From positions 1 to 64,000 of the IMG/VR virus record IMGVR_UViG_3300020047_007062: a stretch of DNA of 64,000 nt; one strand, given 5' to 3'. A program made the translations under genes and the position numbers. This document shows positions 36,638 through 46,592 of the stretch, piece after piece (the stretch's first letter is position 1; the number at the start of each line of letters is the position of its first letter). Source of the DNA: a virus. Lineage: Duplodnaviria > Caudoviricetes. Under the pieces are notes generated by a model that saw nothing but the letters and a program-made list of their open reading frames with translations, was not told the DNA's origin and made no database searches.

Positions 36638-38020
36638 TTACGATACTGTTCCGCTGATGTAGGTGGAACGGTTCAGCATGAACGACTGCAACCCTGTGTG
36701 GCTACGGAAGTACATGGCTGAAAAGTCCATCTGCCCGATGCGGAGGCCATTGTGGGCCGTACCATCACGCCATACCTCACGGCGGCGGGAGTAGTCACCC
36801 AAAGCCTTATACCTCATGCGGAGGTAGTTCTGCAAGAACCCTGACGGGCTTGTTGCTGAACCCACCGGCAAGAACATTGACAACTTCTGTGAACGGGGAT
36901 TGGTCAAACGGCCCGACGCGGGGTCGTTGAACGCAAATCCAAGTTGGAAACTGAATGTGCGGCCTTGAGTAACCACAGACTTATAGTCCATAGTGGCTGC
37001 AAGGGCAGCACGGGTGTCCCCTTCGATGCCATCCCAGAAGTATTCCTGAACCTCACGGTTTACACGCGCGATGTTCACGTCCTGAAACTCGGTGGTCAAC
37101 GCTCCGTTTATTTCGTTCCAACGGGTAGTTGACAACCATCCGTAGCATGGGCCGTAGTAGTATTCAGCTTGCATTTGGTCTGCAATATCTTGCAGGTCAC
37201 CAAGGTCAAGCGAACCTGTAACGGCGAGGTTATAGGCGCGGTTTGCACCATCCTCATCCATTTCATACACCAAACCGTTCATGGTCTGCGCACCGGCGTT
37301 GTTTCCGGGGGTTGACCAAAAACAGAGGTTGTACTCCTGTTGGATCATGCGGTACTCCGCTTGGAGAAGCACGCGGCTCCAATAACCGTCAAAGGTGGTT
37401 CCGGTGGTGTCCGACTTAACCCACAACTCGTTGGTCTTTTCCGTACCCGTGATGGATGCGGTGTCCTTGTAGATTTGGGTGTTGAAGTCGTACTTCGTTT
37501 GGAACGCGAAGGCGGTTTCCGGTTGGCCGGTATTCTCGGCGAAGGCCGTTCCAAGCACCTGAAACACGTTACCTGTGGTAACAGCGAAGTTGGTGCCGGG
37601 GAGGACGGGATCAGCGGTGAAGGTTGTGCTTGTCAGTTTCGCGGTAATAAGGTACTGCGCACCGTTGTCAAGGTTCTCCACCACGTTACCCACGCGGAGG
37701 TAGCAATAGCCGTCTGACGATACGTCATTGGCCGATACAGTCAATGTAAACGAAGTACCCGCGCCGGGTGCGGCTACTGTCGCCCCTGCGGTAATGTACT
37801 TGGTGTACTGTTCTTCCTCCCAATGGGAGAACTCGTCCCCCGACACCATATCTTGGGCGCCTTGGGCGAGGAGGAACATATAGAACTCCATACCCTGTTT
37901 TCCGTAGGGCAGGAATAGTTGTGTCAAATATTGAGGCATTTGGATGAACGCGTCATGCGTGGAGGCAATCTCCGACGTGAGCGAGGGCATCGAAATAGCC
38001 TGTGAAGCTGGTTGTGCCAT
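36638..38020 (-). CDS. Major capsid protein (HK97 fold, crAss-like type)
   Basis: 460 aa after scaffold; FSHWEE, AFAENTGQP, FNTQIYKD pattern. Confidence 0.8.
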   Translation of the reverse strand: MAQPASQAISMPSLTSEIASTHDAFIQMPQYLTQLFLPYGKQGMEFYMFLLAQGAQDMVSGDEFSHWEEEQYTKYITAGATVAAPGAGTSFTLTVSANDVSSDGYCYLRVGNVVENLDNGAQYLITAKLTSTTFTADPVLPGTNFAVTTGNVFQVLGTAFAENTGQPETAFAFQTKYDFNTQIYKDTASITGTEKTNELWVKSDTTGTTFDGYWSRVLLQAEYRMIQQEYNLCFWSTPGNNAGAQTMNGLVYEMDEDGANRAYNLAVTGSLDLGDLQDIADQMQAEYYYGPCYGWLSTTRWNEINGALTTEFQDVNIARVNREVQEYFWDGIEGDTRAALAATMDYKSVVTQGRTFSFQLGFAFNDPASGRLTNPRSQKLSMFLPVGSATSPSGFLQNYLRMRYKALGDYSRRREVWRDGTAHNGLRIGQMDFSAMYFRSHTGLQSFMLNRSTYISGTVS

Positions 38021-38034
38021 TTGCGTAAATTAAT

Positions 38035-39210
38035 TTAGGATTGATACTTTGGTCTTAAATCCGCCAAGGTCTGCTTGACAAAGTCAGCCGTCTTATTTGG
38101 ACTCGCTGCGCCCGGCGCTGCTGGTTTCTGTACGGGTTCCCCATTATGGAGTGACCTTCGTTCCTTGTCGAGGGCAGCCTTAACTTGGCTATCCACAAAG
38201 GACTTTACAGATGTACCAATCCCGGATATACCCCCCGCCTGTTCAATGGCTTGTTGCCGAACGAACGATGTTACCATCGCCGGGGTTATATCACTTTTAT
38301 TAGCACCGCCATGTACGTAGTGAGCAATAAGGCTCTTGGCGAAATCGGTTAACTTGGCCGCGTCCGGTGTTACCGGAATCCCTGCGGCCTTAAATTCGTT
38401 AATTACTTCCGCCGTGACCGTATCGGCCATCGGGGTGAGTTCTTGCAATAATCCCGCCCTGTCAGTCTGTACTGCCGACCTGCGGGTGTCAATGAGTTGT
38501 TTGAAATCCGTGGGGGCCGCTTTGAGTTCCCCCTGCTTGGCCGTGATGTCATACACCGCTTCCTTGACCTTAATCCGTTGGGCGGGGGTCAGGTCGGCTC
38601 CTTCCTCAATTCCCAATTCCTCTTGGGCTGCGGCCTTCAAATCGTCGAATGTCACCCCCTTTTGGAGGAGGGTTGGGTTAGCCAATGCCTTTTGGACGGC
38701 AACGGCTGTCACGGGGTCTGCGAGCATTTGGCTCTCGGTGGCCCCCGACACATATCCCACTACTGCGGGGTCGTCAATTTTGAGGACGCGCTCCGCTGCC
38801 GCGAGGCGGGCAATGCGCTCATTGGGGTATGGGTTCTCAATCAAGGCTTCCACGTCCTGATAGAACGCCAACTTCTCCCTCAATGTTTGGGCTTCCTTCT
38901 GTGCCTCACTCCAACGGGTATAGGCATCCTTAACCACGTCGGGGGTGATACTCTCATTGTAAGCATCCCCGAATATGGATTGGAGGGGGTTGGTGATTGG
39001 TTCCGTCGTTGGGGTAGGTTCCACGGGGGCAACGGGTTCGATTGGCTCCACGGGTTCCACAGGTGGGATAGGGTCAACGGGCGGCGTAGGATCGGTTGGC
39101 TCGGCGGGTTCTTGTGCTGCCGCTTGCGCCATTACGAACTCATTTAGCTTGGTGGGGTCCTCCTTGGACTGATTCACCATATTCACAAACTCCGCCGTTT
39201 TATCTGCCAT
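38035..39210 (-). CDS. Scaffolding protein (putative)
   Basis: Acidic Pro-rich N-terminal repeats (PVEP), helical, between portal and MCP. Confidence 0.65.
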   Translation of the reverse strand: MADKTAEFVNMVNQSKEDPTKLNEFVMAQAAAQEPAEPTDPTPPVDPIPPVEPVEPIEPVAPVEPTPTTEPITNPLQSIFGDAYNESITPDVVKDAYTRWSEAQKEAQTLREKLAFYQDVEALIENPYPNERIARLAAAERVLKIDDPAVVGYVSGATESQMLADPVTAVAVQKALANPTLLQKGVTFDDLKAAAQEELGIEEGADLTPAQRIKVKEAVYDITAKQGELKAAPTDFKQLIDTRRSAVQTDRAGLLQELTPMADTVTAEVINEFKAAGIPVTPDAAKLTDFAKSLIAHYVHGGANKSDITPAMVTSFVRQQAIEQAGGISGIGTSVKSFVDSQVKAALDKERRSLHNGEPVQKPAAPGAASPNKTADFVKQTLADLRPKYQS

Positions 39211-39222
39211 GTCGTTTTTATT

Positions 39223-41574
39223 TTAGACCGCCGCCTGCCCTTCGGGACTTGGGGGCGTCAATAATGTTTGCAAAATTAACAATTCTTGGCTGTTTTGCAA
39301 ATCTTTTTGCATTTTTAATAGTTCAATGGCTGCATCCCCCATCTTTTCGGTCTTGATTTCCTCCAACTTGTTGAAATGCTTTTGCTGTTCCAACATGGCC
39401 CCCGCTTGGGCTTTCTGTTGTTCGATGGCCTGTAACTGTTGGCCCTGCAATAACACGGCCTTATCCTTAGCTTCCTGTATCCGCTTTTGGGTCTTGGCTT
39501 CCTCGATACTCAAGTATGCCTGTGCTTCCTTCACGTCACCGTTCTCAAGCATATTCACAATTCGGAAGTATTGGGCATAGGTAATTAGCGGTTGACCATC
39601 CCTGCCCACAGACAAGGCCGCCTGTGCTGACGCCAATACCTGTTGCTTCATCTCCGCTTGGGGGGCCGATACCATGTACATACCCACCTGTTCGAGGGTT
39701 GGCTCATGTTCTGCAAGTGCCTTCACCTTCTTCTCACCCAACACGCCCTCATAGTAAGCCTTAACGTCCTCATTGTATTTCATGGCTGTCCACGCCCTCA
39801 AGGTTGACCCCTTAGCGGACAATTCCTTTAGCTTGGTGAACCCACGGGTCAGTTTGCTGATCGCATTGGCTGTCCCTTGTGCTGCCATACGGTTAAGTCC
39901 CAATCCCTCGTCGGGGGCCGAGGAACCCGCGAACACCTCCGTCACGCCCGTGAGTTCATACACGAGTTTTAACTGTTGGCTAATGGCTTCCACGGCTTCC
40001 ATATAAGCCTTCCCCAATCCCCCTTCGAGTTGTTGGAATGGTTGCCCGTTGGGTATCATCTTGCGCATGTCGGGCTTGATACGGTAGATCAAATTACCCG
40101 TCTCCCTATACTTGGCAATGAGTTCCCACTCCCCGTACTTGGGGATACCCGTGATGAATTGGATGTCAATGGCGAGGCCCGGCGGGACGGCTGCTGATAT
40201 GAAGCTAATCATTTTCAGACACAACCTCTGCAAGGTGTCAAGGGCGGGTATAGCCCTCTCGGTGATACTCATGTTAGCCCCTGTCCTCCACAAATGGTAG
40301 GACAACATGGCTTTATTCCCCGTCACCCTCTTTTGGTTATGCTGTAACCCGCCATAGGCGAGGAAGTCCCCTGTAATGACGTAACAACCGTCATAGACTT
40401 GGTGGGTATCCACGTTGTACACAATATCCTCCGATGTGATCTCCTCCCCGCTTACGTTCCGCCTCTCAATGGCGTACTCAAATGGAATTTTGTCACCCCC
40501 CTCTTGGTAGTAATTACGGTTGATGGTCACTATCTCAAAGAATAGGACTTGCACTTGGAAGTCGAGGAACCGCCACCCGTTTGTCACGGGGTCTTTTTCC
40601 TTATACCAACTCCACGGTTGGGATTGGATGAATGAGGGTTGTAATGACCAAATGCTATGTGCAAATTCGAGTATCCTCTCCTCTGACCACCCATCATTGT
40701 GCATGTAGGGGATCAGGTATTGGAAATTCACGATGCTGTAATGGCCCGCGAAGGGCGGGCAGTCGTGGTGGCTCCCCTCGTTAAAATATGGGTACACGAG
40801 GTTTTCAAGCGGGACGAACTCCACCTTTGCGGCTCCCGTGGTGGGGTCGGAATAGTCGCGGGTACAGGCGGAGTTGGTGGCAATGAGGTCATAGATGATG
40901 CGGTCTCCCTCGTCCTCCCAATTACTGATCTCGAATGTATGTTCGGACAAGTCCTCAATGGCGATCTCCTCCTGCATCCTGTTACCCCCTATCTTCTCCC
41001 ATACTTCGAGTTCCTCCATACTGTCGGGGATGAAGTCGGGTTGGGGGGCTATACCGCCCGTGGCGGCCATTGCCTTTGATGTGGCGGCAATCATTTCGGG
41101 GCGGGTTTCGAACCAAAAAGTAAGTTTCTGCTGTTCCTTCTTCCTTCGGGATTGGTAGGATACCGATTCACATTGTACGCGGTAGTCTGCGCTCTTGACG
41201 AATGTGGCAATGGATTCGGCAATCTTGGACATGGGTGACCAAATATCCCACGACATATTGTTGCCCCCCTCGCGGTCGTATTGTGCCGATTTGAGGTCAA
41301 GTCCCCGTTGGGGGTCGGATGAGGGGAGTGGGTTTTGACCCGTGCGGGCGGTTTCTTTTCGCCCGTTCCACTTCATGTATTGTTGTTTGTCCTGCCGCCC
41401 GTTGGTGTAGTTTTTAAGGCGGATTATTTCGGCTTTGGAGAAGGCCCCGTATGTGGTTGCCCCCGCTTGGCTGTATGCCGATATTGCGCGGCCCACCTTG
41501 AGGAGCCATGACTTATTTTTCTTCGCGGGATCAATCAGATCGGGCGGGAAGATGCTGCCTGTTGCTATTGCCAT
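39223..41574 (-). CDS. Portal protein (crAss-like)
   Basis: About 783 aa; P..KKNKSW, YTNGRQDK..Y, WDIWSPM, EIAIE, YRETG motifs. Confidence 0.85.
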   Translation of the reverse strand: MAIATGSIFPPDLIDPAKKNKSWLLKVGRAISAYSQAGATTYGAFSKAEIIRLKNYTNGRQDKQQYMKWNGRKETARTGQNPLPSSDPQRGLDLKSAQYDREGGNNMSWDIWSPMSKIAESIATFVKSADYRVQCESVSYQSRRKKEQQKLTFWFETRPEMIAATSKAMAATGGIAPQPDFIPDSMEELEVWEKIGGNRMQEEIAIEDLSEHTFEISNWEDEGDRIIYDLIATNSACTRDYSDPTTGAAKVEFVPLENLVYPYFNEGSHHDCPPFAGHYSIVNFQYLIPYMHNDGWSEERILEFAHSIWSLQPSFIQSQPWSWYKEKDPVTNGWRFLDFQVQVLFFEIVTINRNYYQEGGDKIPFEYAIERRNVSGEEITSEDIVYNVDTHQVYDGCYVITGDFLAYGGLQHNQKRVTGNKAMLSYHLWRTGANMSITERAIPALDTLQRLCLKMISFISAAVPPGLAIDIQFITGIPKYGEWELIAKYRETGNLIYRIKPDMRKMIPNGQPFQQLEGGLGKAYMEAVEAISQQLKLVYELTGVTEVFAGSSAPDEGLGLNRMAAQGTANAISKLTRGFTKLKELSAKGSTLRAWTAMKYNEDVKAYYEGVLGEKKVKALAEHEPTLEQVGMYMVSAPQAEMKQQVLASAQAALSVGRDGQPLITYAQYFRIVNMLENGDVKEAQAYLSIEEAKTQKRIQEAKDKAVLLQGQQLQAIEQQKAQAGAMLEQQKHFNKLEEIKTEKMGDAAIELLKMQKDLQNSQELLILQTLLTPPSPEGQAAV

Positions 41575-41578
41575 AACG

Positions 41579-41608
41579 CAAAGGTATAGCGAACGGGGCA
41601 TTTAACAA
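41579..41608 (-). promoter_or_regulatory. Promoter for the portal gene (near-leaderless)
   Basis: TACCTTTG ends 4 nt before the ATG. Confidence 0.6.
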
Positions 41609-41812
41609 TATTTGACAGTTATTAAAATCCACATAACAGCGTGGTGACTAACGTGCTTCACCACACTGCCTAACTCTCCCGCACCTGCGGGTTAAGAAAC
41701 ATAACCGCCTTGCACGAAACGGTTAAGCGTGGAATTGGCTTGTACTTCGCCAATGTTTTGAAAAAAAGCAACATTACATTCTGTATCGGAGAGTTCGTTC
41801 ATTAGTAAAACA

Positions 41813-42040
41813 CTACGACAGCCATGCGTCGAGTAAATCTTTGACATCTCTGTGCATATTGCGCCACATGTGAACACACATGTGTACGGCTTGGTATTTC
41901 ACCAAGCATATTCGGTATTCCTCCATTAAATTGTGAGCCTTGTAGAATACTAATTGCTCATCAAGACTTCTTATCTCCGCTTCATACTTTGAAATTTGCT
42001 CATCGTAGTCGTCGAGTATTTCTTTCAATTTGTCTTCCAT
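41813..42040 (-). CDS. AT-rich coiled-coil hypothetical protein
   Basis: Own promoter-like TAACCTTTG near 42076-42084. Confidence 0.6.
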   Translation of the reverse strand: MEDKLKEILDDYDEQISKYEAEIRSLDEQLVFYKAHNLMEEYRICLVKYQAVHMCVHMWRNMHRDVKDLLDAWLS

Positions 42041-42116
42041 CTAATTCTGTTTATTACTTTTTTGTAATTTTCGTCAAAGGTTAAACTTTCTTCATGTAAT
42101 ACATTGCCAATAAACG

Positions 42117-42353
42117 TTAAAGACCTAATTTGGTTTTCCTCAACTCATCTATCCGCTTTTGAAGTGCGGCCACATTATACTCGCAAGATGGAGTGTAATG
42201 CGGTATATGTTTGAGGCTTGCTTCTAACTCCCCGTCAGCCAATTTGGTTACTACAATGATGCTTCCACCATGACCATCATCGGTCATTGATGCAGATTGC
42301 CCCCGATTAGACCAAAAAAGTCTTAGTCTGTTTGATTGATTTTCTTTTTCCAT
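42117..42353 (-). CDS. AT-rich hypothetical protein
   Basis: Start MEKENQ just after the terL stop. Confidence 0.5.
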   Translation of the reverse strand: MEKENQSNRLRLFWSNRGQSASMTDDGHGGSIIVVTKLADGELEASLKHIPHYTPSCEYNVAALQKRIDELRKTKLGL

Positions 42354-42364
42354 ATCCTTATTTA

Positions 42365-44767
42365 TTAAAGCATCTCCATCCACGTATAATCTTCTCCCTC
42401 TGCGGTGTCCGCCATGTCGTAACGTTGTGACAAAACCTCCAAATGTGTACCCGCATAATACGCAAGGCAACTCGCTGTAAACAAGTCGTGGTCGGTCATG
42501 TAACTATGATGCCCCACATTCAGCGCATCCTCCAACACTTCGGGTATCTTACACCTGTCCGTATTGTGGGTAAGGAAATTCCCAAAGTGGAGGAACAAAC
42601 GTTCACCCACGTTCCCCACATTACTTATCCCCGACAATACCTTCACCTTACCCGTTTCGGGGTCTTTCAGGTGCAGCAAATACCCACCATACCCCCACTC
42701 CTTAAAGTTCCTGTCGAAGTCGGGGATGTTATTCTCCCCGAACAATAATGCCCCAAACAAGATGCAAGCCTTTAATGCCTCCTCGTGGGCATCGTCGGTC
42801 GTTTCGGGCCTCCCCAAATAGGCCCATACCATATCGTCACTCACCCAATCCTTCCTCTCCCTGTCCCCGTCCAAAATGGGGTCGAAGCAGTAATAGATAG
42901 TAAGCCCCTGATCGGAACCACCACCCCCCGACTGTTCATCACGGTTAAGCCTGAACGGGTCGAGGCCCGCATAGAAATTCCCGATCACTTCGGGCGCGGG
43001 GCCATTCATCTCATACAAGTGGCTATACTGTACCCTATTCTGCTTCGACGTGGGCGGCAAGTAGGAACCAATGTGAAGGCCATTAGGGTCGGGGACTGCC
43101 ACCACCTTCCCGAACTTGACACCACCTATCCAATCGAGGCGATACCTGTGCCACGGCTTATCCGTCCCCTTCAATGATCGCAAATAGCTAATCCTGTCTT
43201 GGATGTCATTGACGTTGTATGACGATTCACTCACGTTCTTCCTGAACAAGTCCTGCCACTCCATCGGGTGATCGAGGACGAACTTATTTAAGTCCCTCCA
43301 TTGCTTCTTCTTGGTCATGTCGTCAATGCGGTTCTTGATAAAGGTCTTGGCCCCTATCCCGATCATCCTCCCGTCAATCCCCTCCACGGGCGCGGGCGGG
43401 TCGTCAATGACGGGATCACCATACTTGTCCACATAATTCTCCAAACAATAGTACGCGGGGAAAAAGAGGTTCATCATACCCGTGGTCGTCTGACCATTGG
43501 CATCCCTGTCCTCCCAATGCGACCCCTGTGCGAACTGTTGGAACCTGCGGCCCCCACCGTCGAACTCCCCCACGGTGGAAATCCCGATCATAAGGCCAAT
43601 GATGTTGGAGCCCGCCCCCGTCGCCATTGCGGGTTTAATGATGTTGATACGCTGTACCACGTCCGCCAAATTCTCCTTCCACAACTCATCCTGCACCACC
43701 ACATGGAGTTTGTCCCCGTCGAAGGCCGATTCCTTACCACTTTCGGGCGTGAACCACCCATTGAGGGGTTCTATGTCCGTCCTCCGCCCCTTCTTACTGC
43801 CGGGGAATTGGTAGTTGAGGCCCGACTTGGGTGTGTCCATCCCGTCGTGGATGGGGCGTAGCCAAAAGGGGAGGGATTGCCACGGTTTGATGAACTTGTC
43901 CGAATACGCCCTCATTGCGCTGTCAAGGTTCTTGGACTGCACACCCCCGAACCGTTCCCTCTGTTGGGACACAATACTGTCAGCGATGGACATGGAACCG
44001 AAGGTGGCGAGGGTACGCCTGTGCTTGGGGTTGTTGACCCCGTAGAACGCCCTGCGCTCCCCTTTGAGTATCCATGTACCTTCCTCGGCAACCCCACCAA
44101 TGACGTCGGCAAACTCCGTGCAATCCACGGCGTTGTTGAAGTATTGGTACTTGATTTGTCCCTTGTCAAAATAGACAACCCTGTGCTTGCGTGGTATGTC
44201 GGTCGTTGTGTATGCGTATTCGATGGCTAAGAACCAATCGCGCAACCTGCGGTTATAGAAGGGCAATCCATGACGGTTGTTCTTGGCGTCATTCCCCACG
44301 GGCCAATAGTTCAAAGTCTTGTAACACCACCCATTCATGTAGGTGGGCTTACCCTTGCTGAACCACCAATACCCAGCCCTGCACCGTTTGATCTCACGCT
44401 GAATCCACAACATCTCCCTGCGGTAGCGGATGGGGTTTCCGAGTAGTTCGGCCCACCTGTCCTCGTCGGTGATCTTGTCGAATGTCTTGTCGTTGCGGGA
44501 CTTCTTCTTGGCCCGAATTAACTTGTCAAGTTCCCTCAATGACTGTGGCATTTCCGTGTACCGAAAGAATTGTTCTTCGGGGGGTAGGCCATAGTTGGGA
44601 ATCTTGGTTATGTCGTCGGGGCAGGGGGGTAGTGGAATCTCGATTGGGTGCAATGCGGCATCGCCCCAATTATGAATCCAAATGGAGGTATCGGCGGGTT
44701 CGTATTGGTACGGGTGCTTACTCAACGATGCACCAATCTTCGGCAAGAATATCGGTTTGTGAGGCAA
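42365..44767 (-). CDS. terL: Terminase large subunit (crAss-like); true start probably a TTG near 44725
   Basis: GKPTYMNGW, KHRR (Walker A region), VQDE (Walker B), C-terminal nuclease GLDPF, FGENN, DHDL. Confidence 0.88.
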   Translation of the reverse strand: MPHKPIFLPKIGASLSKHPYQYEPADTSIWIHNWGDAALHPIEIPLPPCPDDITKIPNYGLPPEEQFFRYTEMPQSLRELDKLIRAKKKSRNDKTFDKITDEDRWAELLGNPIRYRREMLWIQREIKRCRAGYWWFSKGKPTYMNGWCYKTLNYWPVGNDAKNNRHGLPFYNRRLRDWFLAIEYAYTTTDIPRKHRVVYFDKGQIKYQYFNNAVDCTEFADVIGGVAEEGTWILKGERRAFYGVNNPKHRRTLATFGSMSIADSIVSQQRERFGGVQSKNLDSAMRAYSDKFIKPWQSLPFWLRPIHDGMDTPKSGLNYQFPGSKKGRRTDIEPLNGWFTPESGKESAFDGDKLHVVVQDELWKENLADVVQRINIIKPAMATGAGSNIIGLMIGISTVGEFDGGGRRFQQFAQGSHWEDRDANGQTTTGMMNLFFPAYYCLENYVDKYGDPVIDDPPAPVEGIDGRMIGIGAKTFIKNRIDDMTKKKQWRDLNKFVLDHPMEWQDLFRKNVSESSYNVNDIQDRISYLRSLKGTDKPWHRYRLDWIGGVKFGKVVAVPDPNGLHIGSYLPPTSKQNRVQYSHLYEMNGPAPEVIGNFYAGLDPFRLNRDEQSGGGGSDQGLTIYYCFDPILDGDRERKDWVSDDMVWAYLGRPETTDDAHEEALKACILFGALLFGENNIPDFDRNFKEWGYGGYLLHLKDPETGKVKVLSGISNVGNVGERLFLHFGNFLTHNTDRCKIPEVLEDALNVGHHSYMTDHDLFTASCLAYYAGTHLEVLSQRYDMADTAEGEDYTWMEML

Positions 44768-44972
44768 GCCATGGAACGCGATTTTTTGGCGCCTTGTCGT
44801 TGTTGGTAATCAGCCCTGTTGTATCAATGAATATGTAAGGATGTGTCATCTTTGAATGTTCATCAGGGACTTGCAACTCAATAAAAATACCCTTTCCGTT
44901 CCAACCCTCACGGGCCACTTTTTTGCCTTCTTTCAGCGCGGCAACTGCTTCTCCAAAATTCATGTTTGACAT
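44718..44972 (-). CDS. tad2: DUF2829 / Thoeris anti-defence Tad2 family protein
   Basis: MNFGEA..LKEGKKVAREGWNGKG..PWLASQTDILAEDW. Confidence 0.82.
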   Translation of the reverse strand: MSNMNFGEAVAALKEGKKVAREGWNGKGIFIELQVPDEHSKMTHPYIFIDTTGLITNNDKAPKNRVPWLASQTDILAEDWCIVE

Positions 44973-44993
44973 TGTATTACTGATTTATGTTGG

Positions 44994-45665
44994 TTACAAA
45001 TTATCCAATTCGGGGTCTGCCAATATGCTCACCTCCGCCAAAGGGTCAATCCCCTTAGCCAACTGCGCGGCTATCTCCTCTGGTCGCAAACCCAAATTCT
45101 CATTAACAACTAACGCCATTAGCGTCTCCTCAATCAACTTCGACGTATCCCCCCTGAACAGTTGGTTCTTAACCTCCACGATGTTGTTCATAAGCCCCTT
45201 CATCCTGTCCTGACGGCTCTTAGCCTCCCTCTCGTCACTCGGTATCTCACTCTCCTCCAACGCCACAAGTTCGGCCTCCAACTGTTTGAGTACCCGATAA
45301 AATTCGTTGTACTGCAAACGTAAGAACAATACCCTCCGAATACGGAACATGGGACTTTTGTGTGTCGCCACACCCAACATGCCCGTACTCACCGACTTCA
45401 CCCCCAACTGTTTCAACGCCCACGCCTTCTTCTCGGCGGGGTCGGGTATATTGTCGGCCGGAGTTCCCGGCGCGTCCGTCAATATCAAATACCTAAGCAC
45501 AAAGTCACAGGGGTCATACCCCTCCGGCAATCCGTCTATCTCTATGGGGTATCCCATGAATTGCGACCTATGCGCACTAAGGTCGGGGAAACGGTCAATG
45601 ACCGCCACCGTGGGGGGTACCCCGTCAATCCTGTACTTAATCCTCGACCAATCAATTATCTCCAT
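44994..45665 (-). CDS. Putative terminase small subunit / packaging protein
   Basis: Helical protein upstream of terL; assigned by position only. Confidence 0.4.
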   Translation of the reverse strand: MEIIDWSRIKYRIDGVPPTVAVIDRFPDLSAHRSQFMGYPIEIDGLPEGYDPCDFVLRYLILTDAPGTPADNIPDPAEKKAWALKQLGVKSVSTGMLGVATHKSPMFRIRRVLFLRLQYNEFYRVLKQLEAELVALEESEIPSDEREAKSRQDRMKGLMNNIVEVKNQLFRGDTSKLIEETLMALVVNENLGLRPEEIAAQLAKGIDPLAEVSILADPELDNL

Positions 45666-46288
45666 ACTCCAATCACATTTTGGGGTGAACAATACCACAA
45701 ATCCTTTGTCCTCACCTCTGTGTATTCAAGTTCGTGGGGCTTAACCCGAACAATTACATTCTCCCCCGTCTTGGCCCATCCGATGTCGTGTATCAAACTC
45801 CCCGTCCACGATGTCGTCTTCCCCGTCATGTTCTGAATGATACCGTCAAAGAAAATGTACCCGTTGAGGGGGGCGAAATCCCCGTCCCTCTCCCTCGCTA
45901 CAATTTCTTGGTGGCGTACTGCCATGAGGAACTTACCCTCCGACCACAATGCCATATTCTTTTGGCTCCCCACGTTGGTTTGGCCCATTGCGAAGAAGGA
46001 CGTGTAGTTCTTCATCCACACCTTGTCTCCCTTTTGGATGTCCCCCGATGGGTCGTACCCATATCCTTTGCTCATTGGTTTCCCGACGGAGTGGACGGTG
46101 GCCGTGTAGGGGGCGCGGCGTTCCACCCCGAATTGGTGGGCCTCTATGACCGTATGACCTAAGTCAATGTGATCCCAATGGTAGGTGGGTTCCACGAGGA
46201 CGTACCCGTTCCCTGCCTCCGCTGATAGCACTTCGGGTTCGGTCAGGCGCACACCCGTCCTATATGTCCGTTTGGGGTCATACGCCAT
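45656..46288 (-). CDS. Tandem two-domain GroES-like co-chaperonin
   Basis: Two repeats of (P)LNGY(V/I)L..V..VG..(K/T)GD/E.V..IVA pattern. Confidence 0.6.
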   Translation of the reverse strand: MAYDPKRTYRTGVRLTEPEVLSAEAGNGYVLVEPTYHWDHIDLGHTVIEAHQFGVERRAPYTATVHSVGKPMSKGYGYDPSGDIQKGDKVWMKNYTSFFAMGQTNVGSQKNMALWSEGKFLMAVRHQEIVARERDGDFAPLNGYIFFDGIIQNMTGKTTSWTGSLIHDIGWAKTGENVIVRVKPHELEYTEVRTKDLWYCSPQNVIGVWR

Positions 46289-46592
46289 GATTCTTGAAGT
46301 AGTTGTTTATGTGGCGGAGTAGGGGTGCTTTCTTGGCTTCGGCCATTGTGTAATTCCGAACAATATTGGTTATGTCCACGTTGATGTCTTCGAGGACACC
46401 CGCCTCGAATTTGATTTGGTGGGGCAATACCATGTAGGAACGGCCCGTTTTGACATCCTCGACAATCGCTTTGGTTATCACCACTACCCCATTGGGGGTG
46501 TGTTCAATGGCTGTCCCCCACGCGTGGAATACCCCCTTGTGGTTGCGGGAGGCGCCCGCTTCTTCGTTAAGGGCGAAATAGATTGATCTCAT
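46278..46592 (-). CDS. Hypothetical protein
   Basis: In-operon ORF. Confidence 0.65.
   Translation of the reverse strand: MRSIYFALNEEAGASRNHKGVFHAWGTAIEHTPNGVVVITKAIVEDVKTGRSYMVLPHQIKFEAGVLEDINVDITNIVRNYTMAEAKKAPLLRHINNYFKNHGV

Noticed and set aside
42094-42125. Collapsed attC (TCTTTAAC directly joined to GTTTATTGGCAA)
   Set aside because: No stem and no complementary partner core; could be chance
42365-44767. Intein or intron in terL or dnaB
   Set aside because: Lengths are ordinary and no intein splice motifs or frame breaks were seen
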